Below are positions 38,573 through 56,520 of a stretch of 64,000 nt of DNA, piece by piece (position 1 is the stretch's first letter; every line of letters begins with the position of its first letter). The notes below the pieces were generated by a model. The model did no database searches, was not told the origin of the DNA, and worked only from the letters and a program-made list of their open reading frames with translations. The DNA comes from Nageia nagi. Its lineage: Eukaryota; Plantae; Pinophyta. Made by a program: the position numbers and the translations under genes. Location of the stretch: contig JBITNC010000002.1 of the NCBI GenBank assembly GCA_050084985.1, positions 12,896,001 through 12,960,000 of the forward strand, in the 5' to 3' direction.

Positions 38573-40750
38573 CATGGATGAGTCATCTCATGACTTTTCT
38601 CATGGTATATATGAGACATTGGATGATGTGAACTAATACATCCCATAAAAATTCACCCCCTCCACATGTTGAACCTCACACCCCTCCACCCTCTCCACCT
38701 CCACCCCCATACCCATCCCCACCCCCACCTTCACCCTCACCCCTCCCATCACCATCCCCACCCTAACCCCCTCCACCACCCCAACTCATTCTTGTAGATG
38801 AGAAATACTTATAAGATGTTATTGCTCATGATAACAATCAATTACTAAAAAAAATACATCATACATAAAGTATTCATAGTTGATGCTATTAGGAGTGTTA
38901 ATGGGGATATAGCTCATGTTATACGATTTTCATATTTGATGCTACCTATAGTTGATACTATTATGAGTATTAATGGGGATATGTATGGTTTTAAGATATG
39001 AAGAGATCGCATGAGATAACATTATTCAAATGGTCACTCCACTTAAGAGGCAAATAAGTTAGGTATTACTAAAGCCACCCTTGTTTCACACTTCATTGAT
39101 CTATCTACTGGATAATTTATACCACCTAATAAAGAAATAATTCCCTATGATTGGTTCACATATCCTATGATAGCTCAAAATTTTTCATATTGATGGTGGA
39201 TGATGTTAATACACCACCACATTCCAATTTTTATGTCTCATATCCCTTTGTAGTTTTAGAAGAAAATATATGTTGAGTATGTATTAGGTAAACATGTCAA
39301 TTATTTTGACATGAGGCATAATCAAGGGATTTATCATGGTTCAAGGAAAAATAGACCAGAGGCATAGGTCAATCTAAGTTAACTTGTATGTCTTACACCA
39401 CTCATCCCTCCTCCTACTCCTATTCCTACCCTAGCTTTTCATTAGGTAGTTATTTCTGCATTGAGAGCATTGAATCAAGTGATCTAAGCTCTCATTGAAT
39501 AAGCTACACATGTGGTAGCTAATATTAGTGACCCTAGAGATGATACTAGAGTTAGTGGAGTTGCTCCTCATTTTTACTACAATTATGGTAGTATATGTGT
39601 TGGTCCCCCTTTAGATGATCATGAGATATTTATATGAAGATGATTTCAATGGATAATGTTGACCTTACTCAAAGAGAGGTATATTTTTCATATTTTTTGT
39701 ATGTTTAATATACATATATATTTCTAATTAAACTTGAATTATATATATACCTAATTTAAATTTTAAATACCTTTATATTTATTTATCATATATGATGGAA
39801 GCCTCCACTTTAGGTGTATCTCATAGAGCTTTTATGACATTGAATCCTAGATCTACTAGCACACCTTATGAGGTAAACAAATATACCAAGTTTAAAAATT
39901 TACATGTTAATTTTGTTAGATATTTGTCACATTTGAATGTGTACATGTGTATGCTTAAAAAACATTTCCTATTGTAGGTATATTTCCATCCTGAGATGAT
40001 AATATTTGACCAACAAGAGGTTATATTGATGTTTGAGCCTTCAGTGTCCATCACTCCATAGTATATCACTTAGATGTCTTCCTCATTTTAGGTAATTTTT
40101 TAACATACATTTTTATGTGTATGTATGCAATTTGTAGGCCTTAAAAAATTTCATGTTAATTTTTTTATATATTATTCACATTTGAATGTGTACATTTGTA
40201 TGCTCAAAAATAATTTCTTTTTTCAAGTATAATTCCATCCTGAGATGACCACATTTGATTGATGATAGGGCATGTCGATGGATGAGCCTTCAGTGTCCAC
40301 CACTACATAGTTTGTCACTCAGATGTCTATTTCATTTTTGGTAATTTTTTAAAATACAGTTTTGTGTATGTATGCAATTTGTAGGTCTTAAAATATATTT
40401 ACAAATTTAAAAACCTTATTTTTATTCAATAGTTCTTTATTTTATCTTGTAGGGTGTTATTTGTTATACATTTCATACCAATGAAATGGGTACATCATCT
40501 ACATAGCTAGATATTGTTATTAAGGGAGGATCTTAGCAACATGATATGTTAATATTTATGTGCATTTTTAAAACTTTTAGATAGATTAAATTTATTTTAT
40601 TAAATATTTAAAGGATTTACAAATATGAATGATAATATATGATAAGTTAATTTTATTTATGTTATACAACATGGGGCATCTTCATTACTTGAAAAGAAGA
40701 GGAGGATCGATGATGGATACACATCTAATCCTAGATAGATAGATCTAGGA
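38573..40750 (+). pseudogene. Decayed multi-exon ORF of unknown function with a poly-proline N-terminal region (transposon cargo)
   Basis: Acceptor TTTGTAG at ~38558, ATG at 38573, CCN-rich tract 38655-38785, coding-like EYVLGKHVNYFDMR, GT-AG introns near 39679, 39871, 39978, 40091, 40452; multiple stops. Confidence 0.5.
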
Positions 40751-41339
40751 TTGATTTTGTAGTTTTTTTTGTATGTTAGTTGTAGATAATGATATATGTA
40801 TATGGACTTTGGACATTATTGTGGGCATTGGATATTATTATTATGATGTTATTATGTTATTATTATGGAATTTATACATTGTTATTATGGACATTGGACA
40901 TTTTTATTGTGGACATTATTATGGACTTTTGATATTATTATTGTGTACTTTGGACATTATTATTGTGGACTAGATGCTATTATTACATGAAATATATAAT
41001 TTGAAAATATGTTATTATGATGTTGTTATGTATTTTTCACATAATTATTATGATGTTGTTATGTATTTTTCACATAATGATTATAATGTTGTTATGTATT
41101 TTCATCTCCCCTTCATCTTTCCCTCTATTTATAATATTTATCCCTTCACAAAATTATAATCATAGGATTAATAATTTTTTGATAATGTTCAATTTTACAC
41201 ATGTTGTAATATATATTACTAAACAATAATTAGATAACAAGTTTACAATAAGATAACAAATTTACAATTATTGTAATATATTCATAGAATTAATAATTTT
41301 TAGATAATGAGTTTATAATTAGATAACAAGTTTAATAAT

Positions 41340-43050
41340 TGGTGTGAGTATGATGTAGAAGGGGTGGTTAAAAAAATTTGGATATAGGAAAGGAATGAAA
41401 AAAATGCAGAAATAATACAAGGTTCAAAAAAATAATAGGTAAGTTTCTTTTCTCCTTAGCTTCGACATTCTTTGTAGGGGAAATCAGGCCAATATTAGTA
41501 TTGAAAAATGTTTGGGTGAAAGCCATGACATTCATCAATAAAGTGTAGAAAATATCCCAAGGGGAGATGCCTCAAGCATAGATGATACCTCCTTTACAGG
41601 TGGAAGAAAAAGGGAACAAAATCTCTCTAATGATCTTGGGTGATGTAATAACATAAGAAAAAGAAAGAAGTCAATTAAATGTAATCGGTAAAATGCATGG
41701 TACAAACCAAATATTGATCTTATTCAAGAATGGATTAATTCATCATGGAAGGTGAAGAACAAGGTATAAGTGGCTTCCATGCCAAATAATTTCATTATGT
41801 TCATGCTCAAGTTAGAAAAAAGATAGAGATCAACTCTTGAGTAGAGCAGGGTTTTTTGGAAAGAGAGGCATGATTCTGTAGAAATGGTATCCAAGATTTG
41901 ATCCATAAAAGACCTAGAAAATGGAGGCTATAATAGTGTATTGGTGGAATTTTAGAATCAAATGGTATATTAAGGAACAACAAATAGCTTTGTCAAGTTT
42001 ATCTCTACAAACTCAATTACAAAAACATGCACCCAACTCATGGTAGCTAGACTATGTGTCATGATGGATTTTGTTACTAAATTACCCACCAACATTTTGC
42101 TTGAATCAAAAATGGTTGAGCATAAAAAAAGGATCAAGTATGGGAAAAATATTTATCTATGTCAAATTTGTACTTAGGTTGGATACAATGAAGAAACATG
42201 TCTGACCAAAATCTCTATAGAGAAAAAGAAATGGAGATTGACAAGAAAGCATGAGGATCATGATCAAGAAAAAGTGAATTCAATGGATAGAGAGCCTAAT
42301 GGAGTTTAGGTCTCCCTTAGATCACTTCCTAAAATAAATTTAAGTGTAAATTAGATGAAATCAGTGAATCAAGAACAAGGATAAGCCTTTGGCCCATAGC
42401 AAGAAATAGTTGAAAGCACAAAGGAGTTGGATTTGGTAAATTAGAAAATAGAAGAAGTGGCCATAAGGATGGTTATGAAGAAAAGAAAGCAAGTTTGCTT
42501 ACTAGTTAAGAGTCACCAAGTTGACTCAAAATAAACAAGTCTTATCAGAGAGGATTGTAGAGTCACCAAAAGTATGTCAAAAAGAATGGACGTAGGCCAA
42601 CATCTTGTGGAAAATTAAACAATAGCAAGGTAAGAGATAAGTAAAATTCTAAATACATTTTCAATGGTAAACATGCCTCCCTACTTAGGTTTGGTCAAGT
42701 TTTCCTCCTCAAACTTGATAATAACTAGACTATGAAAGAAAGATAGATTAACCATGGACTTCATAATTGGTACTCTTTGCAGATTAGGAATAGAATTTTA
42801 TTAAACATAGAAATGGATTGTACCTAGTATCTAGCATGTGGATTACCTTGATTCTCTCACATCTAGAATTGCATAAAATAAATAAGGAATGATGATGAAC
42901 CAAATTTGCTTCTTATGGGTGGGTTTCTATAAAGAAAACCCTTCCAATTTAACCTTACCAAAAAGAAAAAGTTTAGCAATTGTTTTAATTGACTAGTATT
43001 CTTCAAAAATATGTGAAATAATGTGTTTTATAAGAATATTGTTAAATAGA
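41340..43050 (+). mobile_element. L1 LINE ORF1 fragment nested in the DNA transposon
   Basis: EWINSSWK..ASMPNNFIMF, KWYPRFDP and knuckle CQICT*VGYNEETC (~42160-42202). Confidence 0.65.
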
Positions 43051-44460
43051 GAATCATAAGTATCTAAGCTAATAATGAAAAATGATTTACAAAATTGATA
43101 TTTATTGATCAAGTAAGATAAAATTTATATTTACTTCCTTTAATGTTATCTTTTGTTGAATAACAAGAGATTCTAGAAACTATAAATGCTTCAAGACCAA
43201 GATAATGTATCATATCCTAGTAATGCAATCTATCTGTCCATATATTCATATGATAAAAATTATACCATACAAGGTAAAACTATCAATTACCATATGCATC
43301 AATATAATATAACTAATGATTCACCATACTTCTCTTAAAGTATATACAAAGTTACAACATTGTAGAATGTAATCTTGTAGCTTAATAGTTATGGCTTGTA
43401 TAAATTGTACTATTATATGTCCTTAAATAAAATGCAAATTATGTCACATATTATTTATACCTATCATACTATTTCTATTACATATGATTTTTATTTATAA
43501 TTTTGTATGTAATGTACTATAATTGTTCATTATCATAATATAGTGAAATGCTTATGTTATACATATCATATTCTAATTCCTATATAATATTTATATATGA
43601 TCAAACATGATGTTATCTTAACTATACAATCTCATACACATCTATTATCGCATGTTATTTCATGCAACATATTACTATGATAATTTTATTTGTAAGTTAT
43701 ATTATGCAAGATAACAATATTATGTTCATTTATTTACAAGTTCTAATATGTGAAATATCTTCCAAAAATTTACAATTTGTTTATGCAAACTAAATAAATT
43801 ACAACTTAGTCAAATCAAAACAAATTTATTGTTGTAATGGTCATACTTAATTCAAACATACTATTACAAGCCTTTAATGTAATATTTAAATACCTAAAAC
43901 ATATGAAATTCATAGTGAAAGTGGTAGATGGGCAATTCCTCAAACACCATAGGATGAAAGAATTTCTAAGTTTCATAATATTTGATCCATAGAAGATGAG
44001 ACTTGTTTTCTTTTTATTCATTTTACTAAGATACTAAGAAAACCTACAAGGATATTTGTAATTACACTTTGATCCATGAATTCTTAAATCAAGCTAACTA
44101 AAATAAGCTTGATGATTTTATTATGCATCTTAATTCTATTAAAAATAATTATTTAAATATATAATTGATATTTTTGTATCTTGACAAATTTTGATACATC
44201 CTTGAAATCAATAAGTAAATACAAATTTTAGCTTACTTGATCAATAAGTAAATAGAAAAAGGTTTACAAAGAGGTTTACAAAATAGAGAAATCTTTAATC
44301 CATTACTTAGATATGGATTCACATATGGTTTCATGTGCATATAATCATATATATTAGATATGGATTCCATGTGGGTGATGATGACATACATATTGAAAAT
44401 ATTTCTTTGAATAGATGAATGATAATTTTTAATAAAATTTAAATATAATTAGGAAAGGTA

Positions 44461-44532
44461 TTTCATCTATAGGAATCAAACCACAACAACATGGTGAAAA
44501 GCCATGTGCTCTACCAATTGAGCTAAGACAGC
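44461..44532 (-). pseudogene. tRNA-Lys(UUU)-derived pseudogene
   Basis: GCTGTCTTAGCTCAATTGGTAGAGCACATGGCTTTTCACCATGTTGTTGTGGTTTGATTCCTATAGATG aligns with the recalled plant cytosolic tRNA-Lys(TTT). Anticodon stem CATGG/CCATG and A-box intact; CpG-decayed; A37>C; damaged B-box and acceptor 3' end. Confidence 0.8.
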
Positions 44533-44533
44533 T

Positions 44534-44773
44534 GAGGGGAAGGGGAGATAAAGGGGTGAAGGGGTGAAGGGGTGAAGGGAAAGGATAAGTGGTGATGAAG
44601 AGGTGAAAGGACAAAAGGGAAGGGAAAGTGGAGATAAAGGGGTGAATGGTTGAAGGGGAAGGTAAAGTGAAGATGAAGGGGTCAAGGGGAGTAGGGGAAG
44701 GGGAAGTGGAGATGAAGGGTGAAGTGGTGAAGGATAAGGGGAAGTGGAGATGAAGGGTATGTGGAGAAGGGGA
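44534..44773. repeat. Purine-rich low-complexity tract (GAAGGGGT / GGGGAAGTGGAGA variants)
   Basis: Many GGG/GGGG runs, e.g. AAGGGGTGAAGGGGTGAAGGGGTGAAGGG. Confidence 0.9.
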
Positions 44774-44789
44774 TATAAACTTATATATA

Positions 44790-47560
44790 TTTTTAAGTCA
44801 ATGATACCATCTACATCCTCTTTTTCATGTAATACATTCATAATTATCTTATGTTCTTGTATTGAAATGTTCCACAACACTTTATTAGTAGACATATTTT
44901 TATATCTTAATAGTTTAATATTTTTTTATCAATATCAAATGAGAATAATGAATAATTTTTTATGTGCTTCATAATATTTGTATGCTTTTAAATCATTCCT
45001 TCTTAATACTAATTTTCATAGCCATGTGCTAACAACCACTACAAAACCTGTTAGATACTCAAATCTATCATCATCATATCAAGGATAAGTTAACTTATTT
45101 TTTCTCTCAAAACATTGAGCCAACCAATACTCTATTTTCTCTTCATTCCCTGCAGGTTCCATAACATAATACACATATCCTACAAATAAATATTATATCA
45201 ATAAAGTGCAATATATATTTAACTAGTTCATATATATACAAAAATGAGCAATCATATAAATAAACTAAAAAAAGAAAGTTTAAATTGAATTAAATTACTT
45301 TCTTGTACAAGGTTAGAAATATGATCATATTCCTCTAATGTAAACAATTGATTCTCATATTCAATGCATATTTCTTATTGATCATGTGATTCTATAGGTG
45401 TTAAAGATCTTTGTTTCCATTCCTCAACCCATTTTGTATTTATACATGCTTCTAATTCAACTGCAATACAAGAATCATAAAAACATACAAGCTTCCTTAT
45501 CCAAATAGTCCATGTGCTTGGATTTAAACTCCTAAATGAATTCCATTACAATGATCCATTAAGTGTCTCATAATCATGATGAATCGTAATATTATTTTCT
45601 TCAACTAACCAAAATAATCATTAAATTATAAAATTCTCTTTGATCCAGTAGATATATTTGTATTACATCAATCCACAATTGTATATGCATCTTGAAATTT
45701 TATTGAATCTTCAATTTGAAGTTATTCTCTACTGAGATCTCTTTTCACACATGCACTAGCTCCATCATGTTCACCTTTACTATGTCTAGATTCAAAAAAA
45801 GATCATATATGGTGGATATTGTGTTCTTTATGCATCCAATTTAACTAATAAAATATTTGTGCATTATTCAATTGTCCTGTATAGGTATCTGACCATATGA
45901 AATGTTGTTCCATTTGAATATTTCTTTCTTTCAAATTATTATAAAATATCATAAAGCAAAAATGGATAAATTTTGGTGAGTATAATCAATTATCACTCAC
46001 ATAAAAATGGTACTTCCTCAAAAAAACTCTATTATCTTTTGTACTATCATTTGCATTTCTATATATGATATGAACAAAAATGAAACCTTGTTGAGAATTA
46101 TAATACTAAGACTGTATTTTTTCTTATGGTGTAAGAGTATAATTTTTTACAAAGTCTACAACTAATAATATAGTTCAATATGGAAGTGTATTTCTACATT
46201 GATAAAATTCAGTATCAAGCCATCAAGGATGTTGGGAATGTTTCACATATTTTGGAATAAAGTTACTCTTAAAATCATCCATTAATGTATGTATATTAAC
46301 ATTTTCAGTGATTAGATCAAAATACTTCCTAGTTTTTTGATCCCTAATGCATACTCAACATTCTTGAATTTTTTTATATCCACTAATGTTTATCCAAATT
46401 TGTGTAAACTACTTTCATGCATACATTCTCCTAAAAATGAAAGGCTCCCACATATACTACATTATCCTGAAATACATGCATTTGAATAAAATGATTGAAC
46501 ATCTAGAATTTGACAAAATAAACTTGCTATAAATACATTGATAGATTAAGGTGGCATATTCAAACCACATCCTTGCATGAAATTGTTAGTATGTAAAGTA
46601 CCATGTATATATAGAAAAATTTGATATTAATAGCTAAATTGCATATAAGTTTTACAACAAAATGCTATCCTTTGCTTGTTAGTTCTAACATACCAAGGTT
46701 AATATTTTTCAAAATATCTTTGACTTAAACTAATATTAAATGTACATAACACTTTATCATTTACAAAGTTTTTATACAATTGAGTTTGAATCATATCTAA
46801 AAAGTGTTTTGGATGCTTAGGTTGACAACATTTTGACCCTAAAGATTTCCTTTCTTTTAAAACATCTTTAATATTAGGAGATACCCTTGTATGATTATTC
46901 CAAGATTTTTCAATTACATATTTTATCTTGTTAGTCAATTTCCTATCATACCTAGGATTCTATACTAAAAATCCAATATTAGTTAGTTGGATCAATTTCA
47001 ATACTTTTTCTTCTCTTTACAACTCTTTGCAAAGTTTTATGGTGTATATTTAGATATCCACTAAGGTTACCAATCATATTTTTCTTTGTAGTTGGTCTAT
47101 TTACTAGAGTAGTTATTATGGCTCATTGTGTCACATTACTATCTTTATATCAACTCTTCTTCCCAATAGAGTCCATGGCACTAACAAAAGTGAATATAAC
47201 TTGTTTTAAGGGTTCCTCTTTTTTCACACAAATACCTAAAGTTTTCATTACTCTTCTAATTTTTTACATTCTCGTTAATTGCAACATGAATTGATATTGA
47301 AATCATATCTCCTTATTAAGGAAAATTTGATCATATATTCTATTTATATGTGTTCTCATTTTTCCACACATATCATACTAGGAACATTATCTAAGATATT
47401 ACATTCAATATGTAAAAAAATATTATCAAGAACAATATTTATATAATTATTATTATCAATATTGTCATTCTTAATATCATTAAAATGTGGATTTGAAGAT
47501 ATACCTTGATTTGTGTCTATAGTTTGTACTCCAAGGCTAAGGGTTAGCTCACCAAAGTTT
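44790..47560 (-). pseudogene. Degenerate Sola2-type DDD transposase
   Basis: Translated motifs: TRVSPNIKDV...KHFL..LYKNF...YFEKY*PWYVR; CCK; ACISG*CSICG; VVDFVKNYT (D1 46156-46154); IQS*YYNSQQ; FYVSD; WSDTYTGQL (D2 45889-45887); FFESRHSKGEHDGASACVKR (D3 45766-45764); CFYDSC. Probable intron ~45299-45150. Confidence 0.75.
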
Positions 47561-47894
47561 ACTACAAAAGGGAAAAAAGGTAACATACAACAATTAATTA
47601 GTGAGTTTTTCAGGACTTAATCAATCATTAAGCTAATAATTAGTTTAAATTTAAAAAATTAAGTAACCAATATATAGTGGCATTATGTAAACTAAAGGAA
47701 AATTATAAACTTTAAGCAATCAATATATATATTTTCTATCCTTATGAGACATATGCTTATCCTAATTTGAAGAGCATTAAAGAGACTATTTACAAGAGAT
47801 GATGAAAATAAAATAAAATTAATGAACTAATTACATTTACATTTAGAGTGGAGATACAAGAAACCATTAAAATAAAATCAATGAACTAATTTTG

Positions 47895-48573
47895 TTTAAC
47901 CCCATTCCAAGGCCAAACCTTGATAGGGTCTACAAACCCTAAACTCTAAACCCTAAACACCTAAAACCTAAACTCTTTGCTACTATAATTTACAAATTCT
48001 TAAACCCTAAATCACTAAACTCTTATTTACTCTTAACCCTTAAAATGTTTAACCCCTTTAACATAACACCTTTAACCCCATTGGACAAATATTTTTAACC
48101 CTATTGGCCAAACCTTGATAAGGCTTAAGGGTTTAGAAAGAAACCCTTAATCCCTAAACCGATAAACTTTTATTTACCTTTAACCGTTAAAATCTCAAAC
48201 CCATGTAACCCTTAAACTCTTAAACCTAAGTAACTTTTAAACTCTTTAATTCATTTAATATAACATGTTTAATCCCATTGGCCAAATTTTGTTTAACCCT
48301 ATTGGCCAAAACTTAATAAGACCTACAAATCCTAAACTCTAAACCCTAAATCCTTAAGTCATAAACCACTAAAATCATATTTACCCTTAACCCTTAAAAT
48401 CTTAAACCCAAGTAACCCTTAAACTCTTAAAACCCTTTAACATAACATTTTTAACCACATATATACTAGATTTTGTTTAACCTTATTGGCCAAACCTTGA
48501 TAGGACCTACAAACCCTAAACCCCTAAACCCTAGATCCTTAATTCCTAAACCACTAAAATCTTATTTACCCTT
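47895..48573. repeat. Telomere-like (AAACCCT-derived) higher-order array, left part
   Basis: Degenerate AAACCCT/AACCCTT heptamers organised in ~185-195 bp units anchored by GGCCAAACCTTGATAGG (near 47911, 48106, 48304, 48488). Confidence 0.85.
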
Positions 48574-54048
<5,475 letters not shown>

Positions 54049-54722
54049 CCCTTAACCCTTAAACACTTAAATCCAAGTGACTCTTAAACTCATTAACCCA
54101 TTTAACATAACATGTTTAACCCATTGGTCAAATTTTATTTAACCTCATTATCCAAACTTTAATAGGATATAAAAATACTAAACCCTAAACCCTTAAAACC
54201 TAAACCATTATCCCTTAAACCCTAAATTGTTAAAACCTAAATACTAAAATGTAAACCCTTAAGCTCTAAAACCTAAATTGTAAACCCTTAACCTCTAAAA
54301 CCTAAATTGGAAACCCTTAATCCCTAAACTACTAAACTTTGAAATCCTTAACCCTTAAACTCTTAAACCCAAGTAACCCTTAAAATCTTTAACCCCTTTA
54401 ACATAATGCTTGACCCCATTATTCAAATATTTAACCTCATTGGTCAAACCTTGATAGGATGTACAAATTCCATAAACTCTAAAATCTAAACCCCTAAAAC
54501 CTAAACCCTAAACCCTTAAGCCCTAAATTGCTAAAACCTAAACATTAAATAATAAACCCTACAACCCTAAACCTTAAAATCTTACCACTAAACCCTTAAA
54601 CTCTTAAATGTTAAACCTTAAAAATATTAAACCCTTAACCCTTAAAATCTTAAACCCTTAACCCTAAAACCTTAATCTCTTAAACCCAAGTAACCCTTAA
54701 ACACTTTAAACCCAAGTAACCA
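54049..54722. repeat. Telomere-like (AAACCCT-derived) array, right part
   Basis: AAACCCTAAACCCT and variants; the unit interrupted at 48573 resumes here. Confidence 0.85.
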
Positions 54723-55289
54723 TGTTGGCCAAAGTCTAACATCATTTGTAAAATGTTTAACTATTTTGACCAAGTGGTCATATTAATCTCCTATTTTTTT
54801 GTGAAAAATAATCAAATAACTGTATGTTTATAAATACTTTTTGATAAACTTTTATAGGTCCTAAAATCCAATTGGTTTTAAAAGGCTATTAAAAGACTTA
54901 TTTATCTATCTATTCACTTCTAGAAAAGCATTGGCAGGTCCTACAAATGATTGTTGATAAAGTTTTCAAACATGTTGGCCAAGTGGGCACATTAATCTTG
55001 TATGTGTTTGTGATAAATAATCATTTAACTATATGTTTTTAAATACTTTTAGATAAAATTTGATAGGTCCTACTGACTTTTTGAGTTAAATAAAAGGATG
55101 TTATTAGACTTATCTATTTATCTATGTATGCATTTCATGTTTAAAAGTGTTATGATATGTATTGATTAAATGTCTTTATTTTTTAAGTTAAAACATTTTC
55201 TTGAAAAAAGACTACAACTTGATCCATGTACATTAATTAGTAAATCATAAGTACACATAGTTCCATAAATTCAACATAGAAATATAAAG

Positions 55290-56061
55290 AGAGAGTAAAA
55301 TCATGTATGACATATTTAGAGGATCCTCTTTTCATCCACTTAAGAAAATATCATTTGTGATTTAGCTTCATTTATAACATTAATCATTTGACTATAGTTC
55401 TCATAACCAAATTCTTATATGATCCATTATTAGTAATTCTCATAATTAAGGTTCTTAAGATAATTAATAGGAGTGTGAAATAACTTGATTTCCTATAGGA
55501 TTTTGTAGTTGTACAAGCAAAATTATAAGAACAACTCTAATAGTAAGAGTACAAACATGAGCTAGATGTGTCATTTCAAGTGGTGTATGGAAGGAACTAT
55601 GTGTCATTTCAAGTGGTGTATGGAAGGAACTATTGAAAGTGGAAATAAACCTAATCAATAATCCCTTATCATGTCAAGAAGTGATTACTAATTACATAAT
55701 TTCTCAATCATTTGAATAAGTTCCATGATATTGTTGAAAAGCACCTAAAATTATTAAAGGATATGAAGATTCGAAGATATACCTACATTTGTTTCCATAT
55801 TCATTGAATTTGAAGCTTCATTCAATGGTGTATTCTCCTTTTCAATGCATGCATCATCTACAATCATATCTACATTCACATTCTCTTTAATTTCCTCCTC
55901 TTCAATTGAGATAGAACTTTCATATGATTCATTACAATTTATTTCTTTATTTTGTGCTCTTTTTGCTATTTTTCATTTTGTATTATTCTCTCTTTATATA
56001 AGAATTTCTTCAAATCACATGACCTTCCTTCCTCTCCTTGTTTGGATTTTTTATCACCCAT
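55290..56061 (-). pseudogene. Probable 5' exon of the transposase gene (acidic, low complexity)
   Basis: ATG at 56061 about 420 bp inside the inferred terminus; SYESSISIEEEEIKENVNVD; a GISSN.H motif shared with the exon at ~47500; in-frame 33-bp duplication at ~55566-55633. Confidence 0.4.
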
Positions 56062-56520
56062 GGTGTTGATTAGCTTTCAAATTTACAAATTCAATATTGT
56101 GTATATTCAAAGGAAATTCATAATTACAATGGTTGATTTAGGATTCGAAACCTTAATTCTCTTCATAAAAAACTTAATTTAGCTTCAAATTAATTGAAAT
56201 GGATACCTTGGGTATCAAACTTAGTATAATGATTGAATAAGATACATGCATATGATAAAACCAAAATATTTTTAATAAAAAAATCACTATCTTTCACACT
56301 GTACTGTACTCTACAAAGGGGAAGAGAAATGATGTAGAACATATCTATCCAAGAAGGTGATTTTTTATCCTAATAATTTAATAAAAATTAGGATCTCAAT
56401 GAACATATCGAGATCCCAATGTGTTTTACAACTGTTACCATTGTAAAATATATCAAGATCCTGATATATTTAAAATTCACTTCCCATATGTACCCATCCA
56501 AACTCATCCATTAGCCTTGT

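Noticed and set aside
44461-44532. Functional tRNA-Lys gene
   Set aside because: T-loop/B-box altered (GGTTTGATTCC), acceptor stem 3' side broken and A37 changed.
44476-44895. 139-aa proline/leucine-rich ORF
   Set aside because: Read-through from the transposase tail across a low-complexity pyrimidine tract into the tRNA relic.
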